Notes under the pieces: generated by a model
The model's input: the letters and a program-made list of their open reading frames with translations, nothing else
Database searches by the model: none
What the model was told of the DNA's origin: nothing
From: Amoebophrya sp. A120
Lineage: Eukaryota; Protista; Dinoflagellata
Length of the DNA: 64,000 bases
Assembly: GCA_905178155.1 (NCBI GenBank)
Contig: CAJINV010000001.1
Span: 5,770,750 to 5,834,749 of the forward strand
Direction of reading: 5' to 3'
In this document: positions 1 to 11,790 of the stretch, piece after piece
How positions within the stretch are numbered: position 1 is the first letter of the stretch
Layout of the letters: every line of letters starts with the position of its first letter
Translations under genes and position numbers: made by a program

Positions 1-57
1 CCATACCATGGGGATTCGGAGTCAAATGAACGCGGTGCCAAGTTAAGGTACCGCGCA

Positions 58-108
58 AGTATTGAAATAACTTAGACCATTAGCATTGGTTTAAGTTATT
101 TCAATACT
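58..108. repeat. Isolated hairpin: 22-bp inverted repeat, 1 mismatch, 7-nt loop
   Basis: AGTATTGAAATAACTTAGACCA-ttagcat-TGGTTTAAGTTATTTCAATACT; ACCGCGC occurs on both sides (50-56, 111-117). Confidence 0.85.
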
Positions 109-996
109 AGACCGCGCGTTTTTGGCTTGCGACATAGGCGTGCTCCCAGCTAGAATGCCACTGAGCCGGCGCCCTCAGCTGGAAACCCAGCCGAGGACGC
201 TTGGTCAGTGCATTCCCAGTCGTGCCTAGTCCGTGCCGCCCGCGCCACAAATCTGCGCTGCCCAGCGAAGATTTGCGCTGCGGAGGAAGCAGGCCGCCAA
301 GAGTGGAAAACTGCAGCCCAAGCGCAACCGTTGCGCTTGAGCTGCAATTTTGCGAGGTCTTCCGCGGCAGAAGACCGGCTTTCTGGCACGCTTTTTTTTC
401 AAAAAAAAAAAGCGCCCAGGTTATCCGTTTCAGTTACCCGCTTCGCCCTGAATTTTTTAAGAAAATGCGCCCACGTTGAAAAGTCGTATCAAATAAATCT
501 AAGGCATACAGATTACATCTCTCCATAATAAAACACATTTAGTGCGCACGCGTGCCAAGATTTACCGTCAAAAATTTTTCACCTCGTTTCAACTGATAAA
601 AGGTGTCCCATTTTTATAGGGCAACTGCCACAATATATATCAGAAGGGAAAGGAGCTGACACATTATTGAGCTTCCACCTTCATAAATAGCATTAAACTG
701 GGGACATTTGTGACAGGTCAGAATTTATATTTTTTTGAAATTTTTTCGGTAGTGGTATTTTGGAGGAAACTTTCTGAATTCGGATTCCGGAAATAATGAA
801 GAGCGTGATCTCATGCAAGAGGGACACTCTCTAGCCTCTTAGCTCTCTGCGTTAGAACACTAATACACCAGAACTAGGCCGGTGCGCGACCTAATCGCAC
901 TAGCATCCACTTCACTGTTAGCATGGGCAAAGGCACAAGCTCATCATCATTTTCATCATCTCTCTTCTCTCGTCGGGACTCCGCTCGGTGAGCAGA

Positions 997-1260
997 ATGA
1001 TTGCACTTCATGATCGTGGATTTCAGGGTGCATTTCGGTCGTGTTTAGGTCGTGTCATCAGATCTACATGGTGACTTGATCTGCATGCCTACATTCCCCC
1101 TCATGTCTAAGCACTTGCCTACATTCCTTCCCCCTCACGACTATGCAACTGCCTAGTGACAGGATGATTGCACTTCATGATCGTGGATTTCAGGGTGCAT
1201 TTCGGTCGTGTTTAGGTCGTGTCATCAGATCTACATGGTGATTTGTTGATCATGCCTACA
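997..1260. repeat. Direct repeat pair (78 bp identical, 167-bp offset)
   Basis: 997-1074 equals 1164-1241 (ATGATTGCACTTCATGATCGTGG...CATGGTGA); both are followed shortly by CATGCCTACA. Confidence 0.9.
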
Positions 1261-2350
1261 CTCTGTTAGGATCGACTTTAGTGCCTTTTTAATTTGCGGA
1301 CCTGGACGCAATCTCCTGAATCTATCTTGGAAGCCAGGGAGGGGCCTGGCTGCCCAACCTACCTTGGTCGGATGCATCCAATCACGCCCTGCCGGCCGCC
1401 GTCGATCAAGTTCTTACTAGCTGAGCGCCTCCAATCCCGCCCCAACTGCGCCGCGCATCGCCTTGGTGCGAGCGCGCAAGCAGGCGGGCGCCTTCGGGCC
1501 CGGGTGCGGGCCTTACGCTGCAGTAGCCCGCTCCGGCGGACGCCGCGCGACCTACCTCCTTGGTGCGGGGGCGTAATACGCGTCCGCGCATTGCGCTGCG
1601 CTCGCCTTTGTTTTGCGGAACCCCCCGCGGGGCCGCCGCGCGGGCGCCCCGACGGCCAGCAACACGGGAGGCACAAATGGATCGCTTTGCCGCGGGCATT
1701 TTTGTCCGGGCCAGGAAAGGCGCGCGGCCCGCGCCGGCGCCACCCGCCGCGGGGTCCTTTGGTTGCAGTAGGAGTAACACGCCCGCCAATTGCGCTCGCT
1801 CCGCGAAGGCGGCGCGCCGCGCCCCGGCTGCGTACCAAGCGAGCCCGCCCTCTTCCTTGGGGTGAGGTCCGTCTCGCCGCATAGTGGCGGCGCTATTTCC
1901 CGGATCGGGCTCGCCACGCGGCAAGGTCCGACAGGCGGACCACCCCCGCGGCAAGTTCTTCGGCCGGCGGCGGGTGCGCCCGCGATGCCCTTTCGCGTAG
2001 CGTCGGCAGTGCGGCCGCCGCAGTACTTGGCTGCCGTTCCTCGTGGGCTGCGGTTTTAGGGGCGGCAAACCATTTTCGCCGGGCGGCCACACTCTCTACT
2101 TGTTACGTGCAGTTTTGGTGGTGTTCTGTCGCTTCCAACCAGAATGCGGGCGGCGCCGGGGAAACGTGCTGCAATGGAAACAATTCGCTCGGCTTAGGAG
2201 GATCGGCGACTCAAGTACAGGAAGTGCAGAACTAGAAGATGGCGCGGTCGCCGCTTTTTTCTCGCCCGCGGACCGGTACATCGGTTCGCGGCTGCGTAGG
2301 GTCGTGAAATGCCGCGGGCAGCCTCTTGCTGACGGAGGCTCCGCGAATGT

Positions 2351-4425
2351 ATGCGGACGGTCTGGAAATGGATAGGCGTTGCGCTTTGCGCAGTAACTGC
2401 GCTTGCGATTCTTCTGCATGTACAGCTGTACCTGTGGCACCACCGGGTCGCCGGCGAGGTCGAAAGATACAAGGTCGCGGTCGAGAAGCGGACCCGGTCG
2501 GAAGAAGACCCGCGGCCACCAGCCGAGCCTGGCACCACGACGCAGAAGCTTTCGCCACCTCCCGTTTCAGGGCAAACTGCCGCGGCGCTTGCCCCCGTGG
2601 AAAAGGCCCAAACACCCGCCACGGTGCCCAAAGCCCCGGCGATTCCGAAAACCGAGACGGACGCATTGATTACCGGTCTTCTGCTTCGCGGCGGTGCACT
2701 CGAAAAAGGTTCTCCACCCGTGGGCGGTGCCGCGCCGGCGCCGGCAGTCGTTTCCCTAGATGCGGCGACTACTGCCACCACCACGACTGAACCCGCAAAA
2801 GAAGTGCTTGCTACCGTCGCGGTGAGCCGCACTGCTGTACCCCCCACGGACGCCGCACCACATGCCGGCGCAGTCGAAGCAGAGAAGGAACAGGAACTAC
2901 CTTGGTCGCCCTCCCTTCAGTTCGACCCCACCCTCCCCCTGCTTCCGCAGTCCAGCATTGGCACCTTCGTGCTCGCGTGCCGCCGCGCGGACTACCTCGA
3001 TCGCACTTTGCAGGGACTCGCGCAGGTCCGCGGTGCCAGTAGCACAGACGAGTTCCCGGTAGTTGTCAGTCAAGACTGCGTGCCCAACGATGCGGTGAGT
3101 CAGGTGGTCCTCCGCAACCGCGAACACCTCCAAGGTCACATCGTTTACGACCGCGTCGCCGAGCAAGCAGCGCTACGTGCAAACCAAACGACGGCGGAAA
3201 CGACCGGCCAGACAAGCCTGCTTGGAGCTACTGCTCCACCCGCCGCCACGCCGGCGCCCACGCCGCAGGCGCTGCTGAAACGGGGCTACGCAAAGATCGC
3301 TGAGCATTTCCGGTTTGCCCTGCAGAAAGCCTTTCTTCGGTTCCACCAAGCGATTTTTTTGGAAGACGACCTGCAAGCAAGCCCGGACTTCTTCTCCTTC
3401 TTTCGCGCCACCTTGCCGGCCCTACAGAATCCGCAGAGCCGCCTGTTGTGCGTGAGCGCGTGGAACGATCAAGGCCTTGGCACACTGGTGGACGACACGG
3501 CCGGCGTGCATCGGACCGAAATTTTTCCGGGGCTCGGGTGGATGATCACGAGGGACGTGGTCACGCAGGAGCTGCTGCCCCGGTGGCCTCCGGCCTATTG
3601 GGACGAGTTCATGCGACGACCGGACGTGCGGAAGGGCCGCGATTGCCTGCGACCGGAAATCAACCGGGTGTGGCATTTTGGTAAATCAATTTTGGAAAAT
3701 CTGCTGTGGTTTTTCTTCGCAAACGACAACGCAAATTCATTCCTGGTGCCAACTCGAGAAAGTGAATATGTCATTCTGGGATTAATGTTGCATTAGCGTA
3801 TTCTATTTGCTGGTCTCAGGTTTTGTAGGGGAGAGCCGCGGGCAGTTTTCGAAATACTGGAAGGCGATAAAACGCAATGACAAAGCTATGGATTGGAGGT
3901 ATGAAACTGAAGGAAAAGCAGCTGCGGATCTAGTGACTACAAGTGCGAAAATCTTCGCACAGACCTGCTTAAAGCAGGTAGTAGATGAAAATGTATGCAT
4001 GATAGTATATGGTGTTTACGCAGAAGAAAAATGCTGCAAAAGTAGCCACAGTGCACCTCCATCTGCTCGCTTTTCTTTCCCACAACCGCTCCCCCGAACT
4101 CGCGCGTCGGGTTGCGGTAGCGGCAGACCCACAGCTGTACGAGCAATCGCTGCAGCAAGCCATCGCACACGCTACTTACCTCTCCTCGCCCGTGGACTTG
4201 AACGGATACGCCGGGAAGGGCGCGGAGTACTGGCTCCGGTACACGGATTTCCACAGTTACATGCAGCTGGCCTCGTTCTTCCAACTGATGCCGGATTGGA
4301 AAGAGGGGCATGTGCGCAGCAGCTACCGCCACGTGCTTCCGCTCGCCTACAAGGGAAATCGAGTGTACTTGGTAAAGGACTGGCCGGTCGTAGCACCGGC
4401 GAAGACGGGGCCGCCGCTGGCTTGA
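2351..4425 (+). CDS. MGAT1: Alpha-1,3-mannosyl-glycoprotein beta-1,2-N-acetylglucosaminyltransferase (GnT-I, GT13); 3 exons: 2351-3680, 3820-3898, ~4089-4425
   Basis: Type II TM anchor and Pro/Thr stem; LEDDLQASPDFF, CVSAWNDQG, FPGLGWM, WPPAYWDEFMR, RKGRDCLRPE. Intron 3681-3819 (GT-AG) restores HFGFVGESRGQF. C-terminal LRYTDFHSYMQLASFFQLMPDWKEGHVRSSYRHV matches the GT13 C-domain. Second intron has no in-frame AG acceptor (see findings). Confidence 0.92.
3900..4084 (+). mobile_element. Possible highly decayed introner forming the non-AG second intron of GnT-I
   Basis: Starts (G)TATGAAACTG; residual inverted repeat GAAGGAAAAGC / GCTTTTCTTTC; ends ACA + 5 nt before in-frame TCC CCC GAA. No recognisable TSD. 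Confidence 0.4.
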
Positions 4426-5073
4426 GAAACAGCTGGTTTGTGCTGAACTTGCGTGGAAATTATAAACTTCTCATCATCTTCTTCTCTCCACGTGCGCATG
4501 ACAGTGACCGTTTTGCAAGATCACCATGATTCCGTCCGGTGTAGGCTGCTCCTACGTGAAAGCCATATCCGCCCTGCAGACCAGGGCGGCAAAACGAAAA
4601 ATGTGTTCTGGAGGGCGGGGGGGTCACACTAACAGCACGGGTTGCCGCACCATGCTTGAGCGCAGGGAGGAGGGACAGCTATCCTTGAAGGAGTAGCAAA
4701 ATTAACGGTTGTGCTTGTGCACGGCAGAAAGGTTTGCGTGTGCTTCTTTCGAGTGGTGAGCATCATCTTGTGAATGACAGGACAGCACGAAGGGCTCGAT
4801 GTTTGTATGCAGTGCGGGTATTAGATTTCGGCACGAGAGAAAGCTGACCACATGGAGGGCCGCCACTACCCTTTTTCCAAGGCCTGAGTAGTTTTTTCCG
4901 CATTTTCTTTTCCTGCCGGAGCTGCGTGACTCCGGTGATGCAGCACATATTCTGAAGCGAAAAGGGATGATCGTCTACTGACCGTCTCATCACTCTCGGA
5001 CTGCTCCGCGATACGATCATTCCAGCCTCTGTTTGGAGACCGCAAAGTGAAGTTGTGGTGCAAAAAATTCGCA

Positions 5074-6742
5074 ATGCGGAAGTCGTACTGGGTAGCCAGC
5101 GCGCTATTCCACGCACTTCTTCTGCAGTACGCGCACGGGGAGAACACGAAGAGCGCGGACAAATGCGCGGGCTACTACGACGAGGTGGAGCGAAACACTC
5201 TTGGCCCAACCACTTTTCTGGCCATCACGTCGACCGGGGGAAAGGTATGAAAGAACGTATATCATAGTTTTCCCAAGCTCCTGCAACATCCTCCCGGGAA
5301 CTTACTTGTTGCAGCGTTACAAGTATAGCCACCTGCTTCGGTATTTGTCACTAGATAGGAGATTCAGATGCAATTCAAACCTCCCTCCCAGGTCCTGTAT
5401 ACGCAAGTGGTAGACAACAGCCTTGCCGCAGACGGCCGGGCGCTGGCCCTGGTGGACAGCGGGCTGACCACGCCGAAGGACATCGCGTATGACCCGAAAA
5501 CCGCGAGGATCTTCGTGGCGGACTTTGACGCCAAGATGATCGTCAGCTACGAGCTGTTTGTCCATGTCGACGACAAGATGCGGAAATCACTGAAGATTCG
5601 TGGCGACCGCGTGGTGGTCGCGGAGGATTTGAGAACCGCGTGGCTCGACCTGGATCACGACGGCAATCTGTACTTCACCAGCGGCTCCGTGGTGAACAAG
5701 ATTGACAACTCGTTGTTGAAAGATCTCTTCGCCGGGGTTCTCACCGCCTCTGATTTGAAAACCCAGTCCGAAGTCGCGGCCTTCTACGCCGCGCAGCAAT
5801 CCCAAGCGGAGGCTAGCAACGCGCCGCCGCCGGTCACGCAGCCCGTCATCGTGCAGTTGGTGTCCGGGCTGTCCGCGCCAACGGGGATCGTGAGTACAAT
5901 TTTCAGAAAAGTTCTACTTGCGCGGTATACGTTCAACGGCATTCTATTGTCTTTCACTGCGTAATATTTTGGTAGTCAGAAAATATACTAGCTATGCACG
6001 ACTAAAAACCAGCGAACGGCGACCAGCTCTACTGGGGACAGGCAAACATTGCCAATAACACGGCGGAGATCGTCGCTGCCGCAGCCACACCCACCGGTCC
6101 CGACCATAGAAAAACAAAGCTGGCGTACACTGTACAACCAAGAATAGAAGGCGTCGCGATGAACCACAACGTACTTTTGATAAATGAGAACCTGTCGTTT
6201 TTGATGTTGTAGATGTTTTGTTCTGCAGCAGTCGTGATATGCTGTATTTCTTTTTCATTTGACACTTGAGAAAAAAAGAATCCACCCCCCAAAAATGATC
6301 CACCGCTCAGTCGATCTTCTTCGCGGCGGGCGGAAAGGTGTTGAAAGTCCCACAGAGTAATAACATGCAGCAGAACGGCGTCCCGGCCGTGCCAATCGCG
6401 GAGAACCTGGGCAATCCTCGGGGCTTGGCCTGGGATCACGACGGCACCCTTTACATCGCGGACGGGGGCGCCAGTACGAGCGGTGCCACCGGCTCCATGA
6501 TCAGCGGCATGGTGTACGCCGTGCCCAGTGGCGCCACCGCGGTGGCGCCGACGCAAGAGGTGGTCCCAGTGGACGGGGCGTACGGAGTCACGGTCATCAG
6601 CTGCGCTGACGAGGGCATCGAGGTGGTCCGCAGCGAGACCGATCCGGATGGATCAAAAAGCCGACACAAGCTCTTCCTCTACACCTCCATCGCGGTCGCG
6701 TCGGTATTGTTGTTGATCGGGGCGGTGGTGCTGCGATACTGA
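5074..6742 (+). CDS. Signal-peptide, beta-propeller (NHL/YWTD/SMP30-like repeat) type I membrane protein; 4 exons
   Basis: GT-AG introns 5245-5391, 5894-6012, 6171-6310; repeats PKDIAYDPKTARIFVAD, PTGIVTNGDQLYW, PRGLAWDHDGTLYIAD; C-terminal TM helix. Confidence 0.75.
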
Positions 6743-7176
6743 CGGAGGAGGTGGAGCGTGTCAAGATATACTAGTCCCGGATAATCGCGCTGCTTACGTA
6801 GCCGAAATTTAAAATTTTCGGTTGCATGAAGTAGACCTGAGCACGATCCGCGCGCGGGACGACATAGACATGTAGAGACCGTCGCTCGATTGCTACATAG
6901 ATACTGCGCCGAACATCATACAGCCACTCACCACACGACCGATCACGACCTAGCTGCGTAGTGGCACGGCAAAAAGGACTTGTCGTCCCCTTCGACTGTT
7001 CTTTCCTCACGGTCGTGTATCTCGCGGTGTTTATTGTTGTCTCTGCCCCGCATCGATCAATCGAGAATTGTGTGCAGTGGTCATCATGTTGCTAGTAAGT
7101 CTCGTTATTTCGTAAGTACTTAGATCTATCAGTATCTATACCACTTCCTACAGTTGAAAACCCTCTGCGTCAGAAC

Positions 7177-8385
7177 ATGGAGTCAATTCGCGCGTTTGCG
7201 TCCTCTCTCGTTCCGGCCGACGGTGCGCGGTTGCTCCAGCAATCCCCAGCCCCAGCGTCTGCTTCGTCTTCGGATCATGCGGGTGGAGGAAGCGCATCCG
7301 CTAGTACCTTTTGGGCCTCAGTTTTCGCCCATGCTATGACGTGCAGCCGAACCCTCTGCGGTACCTGCTATGGACAGGCCTTCGTTCCCTTTCTAGCCGC
7401 GGTTTCGGCCTACTGCTTCGGCCGCGTGCCGGAGGGCATAAAGCGGTCCAGCTTCGACGCGAACACCCGACCGGTGATGGAAGCGGGCGTGGCCTGTGTG
7501 TTGCTGCAAGAGGAGGAGGAAGACGGCGGGTTTTTCGCTACTCCAGCCTCTCCGAAGAAGCTTCCGATCTGGCTGGCGCTGGACGAACGCTCAACGGGGC
7601 ACCAGCTTCGACTAGACTCGCTCGAACGCAAAGGGGACCGACCGGTTTTTTCGCGCACGATCGCACTACACTTGTGCACGCAGACCCGCGTGGTGGCGGG
7701 CCGCAACGTGTTAGAAATAAAGGTGAAGGAGCAGGGCGGCGGGGAGATATCAGCGTGCTGCGGGGGCGGCGCGTTTGACGAAACTGAGGCGACAGGGCGA
7801 GGTCACGGAATGGAACACCAGCCACCTTCGGGCGCTGCTAGTAGCGCCAGCTCTACTACTGCTCCAGCATCGGAGGCTAGCACGGCCGCGAGCTCCTTTA
7901 CAGCGCAATTGCAGAAGGATGCCAGCCAGATGTTCTCCCGCGCGTCATCGTTTGCGAAATCCGTGCTGAAGGAAACCGCTCCACAAAGAAAATCGCTGAC
8001 CTCTTTCGTGTTTAAGAACCGAAAAGGAGGCTCTGCGGAGAGCATCGAACTCACGTTCGAGACCTTGCGACTCATCTTCGACAAACCGCAGGAGGCACAG
8101 AAATGGGGTGCAATGATCGAGGAGGCAGCGGACGCTTTGTTTCAGCATACTAGTGGTAATGATAGTACAACAACTGTCGGCGCAGCAATCCGCGTTGACG
8201 TGCCACAGGATCAAAATAAGCTCCAGCAACAGCTACAGGAACGGCAGCGGGACCGCAACGTTCTGCGTGAGCAAGAGCTGGCGGATCGGAAGGCGCGAAA
8301 CGAGGAGCGGAAGCGGGTGTTGACCAACAACGGACGGCTGGGAATGCAACACACCGCGCAGGCTATGGCGCAGCGCGCAGTTTAG
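7177..8385 (+). CDS. Hypothetical protein, split PH-like domain plus C-terminal coiled coil
   Basis: 402-aa ORF; LRLIFDKPQEAQKWGAMIEEA resembles the PH C-terminal helix; Q/E/R-rich tail. Confidence 0.65.
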   Translation: MESIRAFASSLVPADGARLLQQSPAPASASSSDHAGGGSASASTFWASVFAHAMTCSRTLCGTCYGQAFVPFLAAVSAYCFGRVPEGIKRSSFDANTRPVMEAGVACVLLQEEEEDGGFFATPASPKKLPIWLALDERSTGHQLRLDSLERKGDRPVFSRTIALHLCTQTRVVAGRNVLEIKVKEQGGGEISACCGGGAFDETEATGRGHGMEHQPPSGAASSASSTTAPASEASTAASSFTAQLQKDASQMFSRASSFAKSVLKETAPQRKSLTSFVFKNRKGGSAESIELTFETLRLIFDKPQEAQKWGAMIEEAADALFQHTSGNDSTTTVGAAIRVDVPQDQNKLQQQLQERQRDRNVLREQELADRKARNEERKRVLTNNGRLGMQHTAQAMAQRAV

Positions 8386-9012
8386 GAAAAGAGTTGTACG
8401 GATCTGTAATATTCCGGTGATGCAATTTTTGTTGGTCGCTCGGCCTTTGTTTGTAGTTCACCTTGTGAATCTGTTGCAGTACTAAAAGCGAGGCGTAGTT
8501 CGAACTGGACAAGTGGGGATGATGTACGATGTAGCAGAACCGTTCTAAAAATACCGTGTGCAGCACGATCCAGTTGCGATTTCTGAGAGTCCTATTTTTC
8601 GTGTTTGCAAAACATGCCTACGAATTTTACAACTAAAATCTAGTACCAGCATTCCAGCTATATTGTATCGCTGAGAAACGAGAGAAGGGGAAAAGTGCTT
8701 AATATGAAGCTCTCGTAGCGGTAGTGCAGGAACAAGAAAGTAAAGGGAAGAAAGTAGCATAGGATCGTTATAGCCTCTACAGAGAAGGGATGCAATAAAG
8801 CGGCTTGAGCGAATGGCGCAACCGGGGAGTAGAGCAGGTTCGAGTATGAGGAGTAATTGGGAAATGGGAATCAAAAACTAACACTACTTGTTATGTGAAC
8901 CCATACACTGCCAAAATTGATACCCAACACTTTCTATTCAAGATAGACCCTGAAGAGGTAGGTGTTGGTGTGAATCGTTGTACTGTCGTCCGATTGAGGA
9001 AAAGCCCCGAAA

Positions 9013-11094
9013 ATGGTGACCTACAAGCTGGTCTTCCGGCTGAAATACAGCTTTTACTTTGGGCTTGCCGCATGCCTACTCTTGAAGCAATTCGGCCTGA
9101 TCGCATGGTCTCCGTCATCGTTGCCAGTTCTGGCGAACTTGAACTGTACTGCGTTACTGTTTTTTAGGATGATAATTTTTGACTACATGTACATACTAGC
9201 TATCAATCTTTTGTGCCGTGCGTTTTGCAAAACGAAAATCACCCACTGTCCAGGTACCGACCCGCTCTTCGTCGCCACCAGTATAGTCATGTACGTGGTT
9301 GCCGGTTCCGTGCTGGTTGGAGCTGCCCAGTTGGAACCCTATGCACAGAAGAAAATGATGCAATACACTGTATTTAGTGTGTTTTTTTTTATTGAAGTAG
9401 CTGTTCTTGCTCTCTGTGCTGCGTTTCAGATCATGCATAAGCGACATAACGAATGCAGGCTTCAATGCTGGTAAGCATAAAGCAAAATTGGCGTTGGTTA
9501 GAACAAGATCAAAAAACTGCGAACACAAACTCTCTCAGATGATGACACCGGTTGCAAAGTTGGGTTTGATGATCGCGCAGTACAAGACATGGAACATTGT
9601 TATGGTCCTCCCGCTGCTGGACCTCCTCCTGAACAACGTGATGTGCTACACGAAACTCGGCGAACCGGTAGAACCGCTGGACTTTAAGGTTGGACCCAAG
9701 ACGAAGAAGCTTTGCAGATTGTCCTACGTTTTACTCACACTGTACACGATCGCCGTGGTATTCGTGAAACCGGCACGACCAGGTATAGGTAAATGATGTG
9801 ATGCAAGCTGTATGAATGTAAACTTCGATTTGATTTTGATGAGCCATGGCGTTTAATATCTCTAAGTTGCCGCCTATGTTTTCTGCATCCGGGGGCATTC
9901 TTGTTGAGGTGATTTATTGGCGGATTCTTGCCTAAACCTAACTGTCCAGAAATCTACGGAGCGTCCGCAACGGCCAGCTGTATGGCGTACGCCCAAACAC
10001 CACTCGTGACAGTCGTCAGCGCACTCATCGTTGCCGCGCAGTGCGACGCCGCCACCGCCCGAAAAACGTTGCAATACGGTATAACATACAAATACTTGTT
10101 GTGAAAGTCGTGGCACATGATCAGTGTGTGTATGATTTTTGACCACGTGAGGACTCGGCAAATCCAAATGATCAAGCTGCAGCAACACTACAATGAATTT
10201 TTCCATCGAATCTTTGATCACTCCCTGCCCTCACAGTGATGACACTTCCGCTGTTGGTTTTGTTCTACTTGTTTCCGCTCACGGTGGCCACAACGGGGAA
10301 GTCCGCCATGATGGGTGGGTTGGCCGACGTCTGCCTTTACTACGTCCTGATGATGCTGTCCATCCTTGTTCTGTACCCCTGCCAGCTGCGCACGGCCGTG
10401 CTCCGGGGTCAGTACCTCTTTTACAGCTTCGCCGCAGTGGTGCACGCGTTCTTTCCGGCGGCCGCAACCGTGCTCTTCGGCTACTCCGCTGCTTTCCCGG
10501 CGACCGTCAACTCCTTGATGGCGGTTTTTTATCCTGTGCGAAAAAAGTCAAAGTAAGTATCGCGCTCGCACTAGTCGCAACTGCAAGCATGCATGAAAAT
10601 AATGATCCCCATGATTCCTCAGCGAGATCAGTGCGACAAATGTAGTCAGCTTTCCTTCTAATGAAAAACCATTGGCGATATGATCAGTACTTTATTTCCA
10701 AATGCATACCTTCCTCTTCCTCCTCTCCCTCATGTTCATTGCCAGCGTGCTCAGCGATCCGGGCTACTCTCAGTACAAGGTGATCCAGTACTCTCTCTGC
10801 GGCGACGTTTTGCTCGTGGCTCTGTTTGCCGCGGGCCACCCGCTCGGCACGCTTTTCCCGTTCGTCGCGGGAAAGTGTGTGGTCGCCAAGGGCCTGGACG
10901 TGTACTATGAGAGCTACAAGAACCAGTCGACCCCGAAGTTTTTCGGTCTCTTCGTCGACGTCGCCGGTATTGCGGAAGACGACGACGAAACCTTGGCGGG
11001 CGCTGCTGCCGCCCCAGTCTCCGTTGCGACCAGCATGAAGATGAAGGCCGCGAGCATGAAAAAAATGGCCATGAGCATGAAGAAGAAGGCGTAA
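9013..11094 (+). CDS. Multi-pass membrane protein with three internal repeats (paralog A); about 6 exons; basic Met/Lys tail
   Basis: Inferred GT-AG introns 9146-9253, 9370-9538, 9783-9949, 10079-10236, plus non-canonical intron ~10530-10713. Repeats AAQLEPYAQKKMMQY / AAQCDAATARKTLQY / SVLSDPGYSQYKVIQY. Ends MKMKAASMKKMAMSMKKKA. Confidence 0.7.
10530..10708 (+). mobile_element. Decayed family-B introner (non-canonical intron)
   Basis: Begins TATCCTGTGCGAAAAAAG...AAGTATCGCGCTCG (cf. family B TATCCTGTGCAAAAGTATCGTACTCG) and ends ...GCGATA...TACTTT...TGCATA. Flanks TTTTT/CCTTC are diverged. Removing 184 nt restores the frame (MAVF-LFLLSL). Confidence 0.7.
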
Positions 11095-11790
11095 GGTGGG
11101 GGGAGAAGTTTGGTTTGTGACGACCTCTTTTGGAATTATGTTCGTTCATGCGTGGTTGTTTCCGCGGCGTCGAATTATCTTTACAATACATGGCACCACC
11201 CAATGGATCGCCTTGTGCTATTGGGTGACCAAAAATGGTGACGAAAAATAAAGAAAACAGTACAGTAACAGAGAAATTGCAAGAGAACAACCCGAGAAAG
11301 AAATACAAAGAGAAAAGTCGCAACTAGTGGGTATCAAGAACAACAACAATATGCATCGCAACACTGACATTACATTGTCTTGTATTAGACAGAACAGCTT
11401 GATTTTAGAAGAACGCTTTTGTAGCAGCAGGGGCTACGAAGAAAAGGAACGCACATTTAGGTACGAGTCGTCTCATCTCGAAATATGACGAAATGCGCTT
11501 CACAACATGTACAAACTTTTTTTTCCAAAATGTCCACTACACCCCATGGCGGTCAAGAAAGGAAAAATGTACGGGAGACAACGCCGATCGGGACGCGACT
11601 TGGCAGTCGTGAATACACGTCAATTCCAAGCGATTCTTGTGGTGCGTGTTCGGTCGACGATCAGTTCTTGTTTGCACAATTGTGCTCTAGTCAATAACGA
11701 TCAAAAGAGTTCGATTGTATCAAAAATCAAGAACGAGTTGGTTGCTGCAGATCGAATTGCGTGCTGTCCTTATCGCAAGTAAAAGCTCCT

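Noticed and set aside
1294-2092. Overlapping 100-230-aa ORFs on both strands
   Set aside because: Arg/Pro/Ala/Gly-rich products of GC-rich DNA, with no codon bias or motifs.
10553-10687. Canonical GTAAGT...CAG intron
   Set aside because: Phases are incompatible; the decayed-introner model restores the frame.
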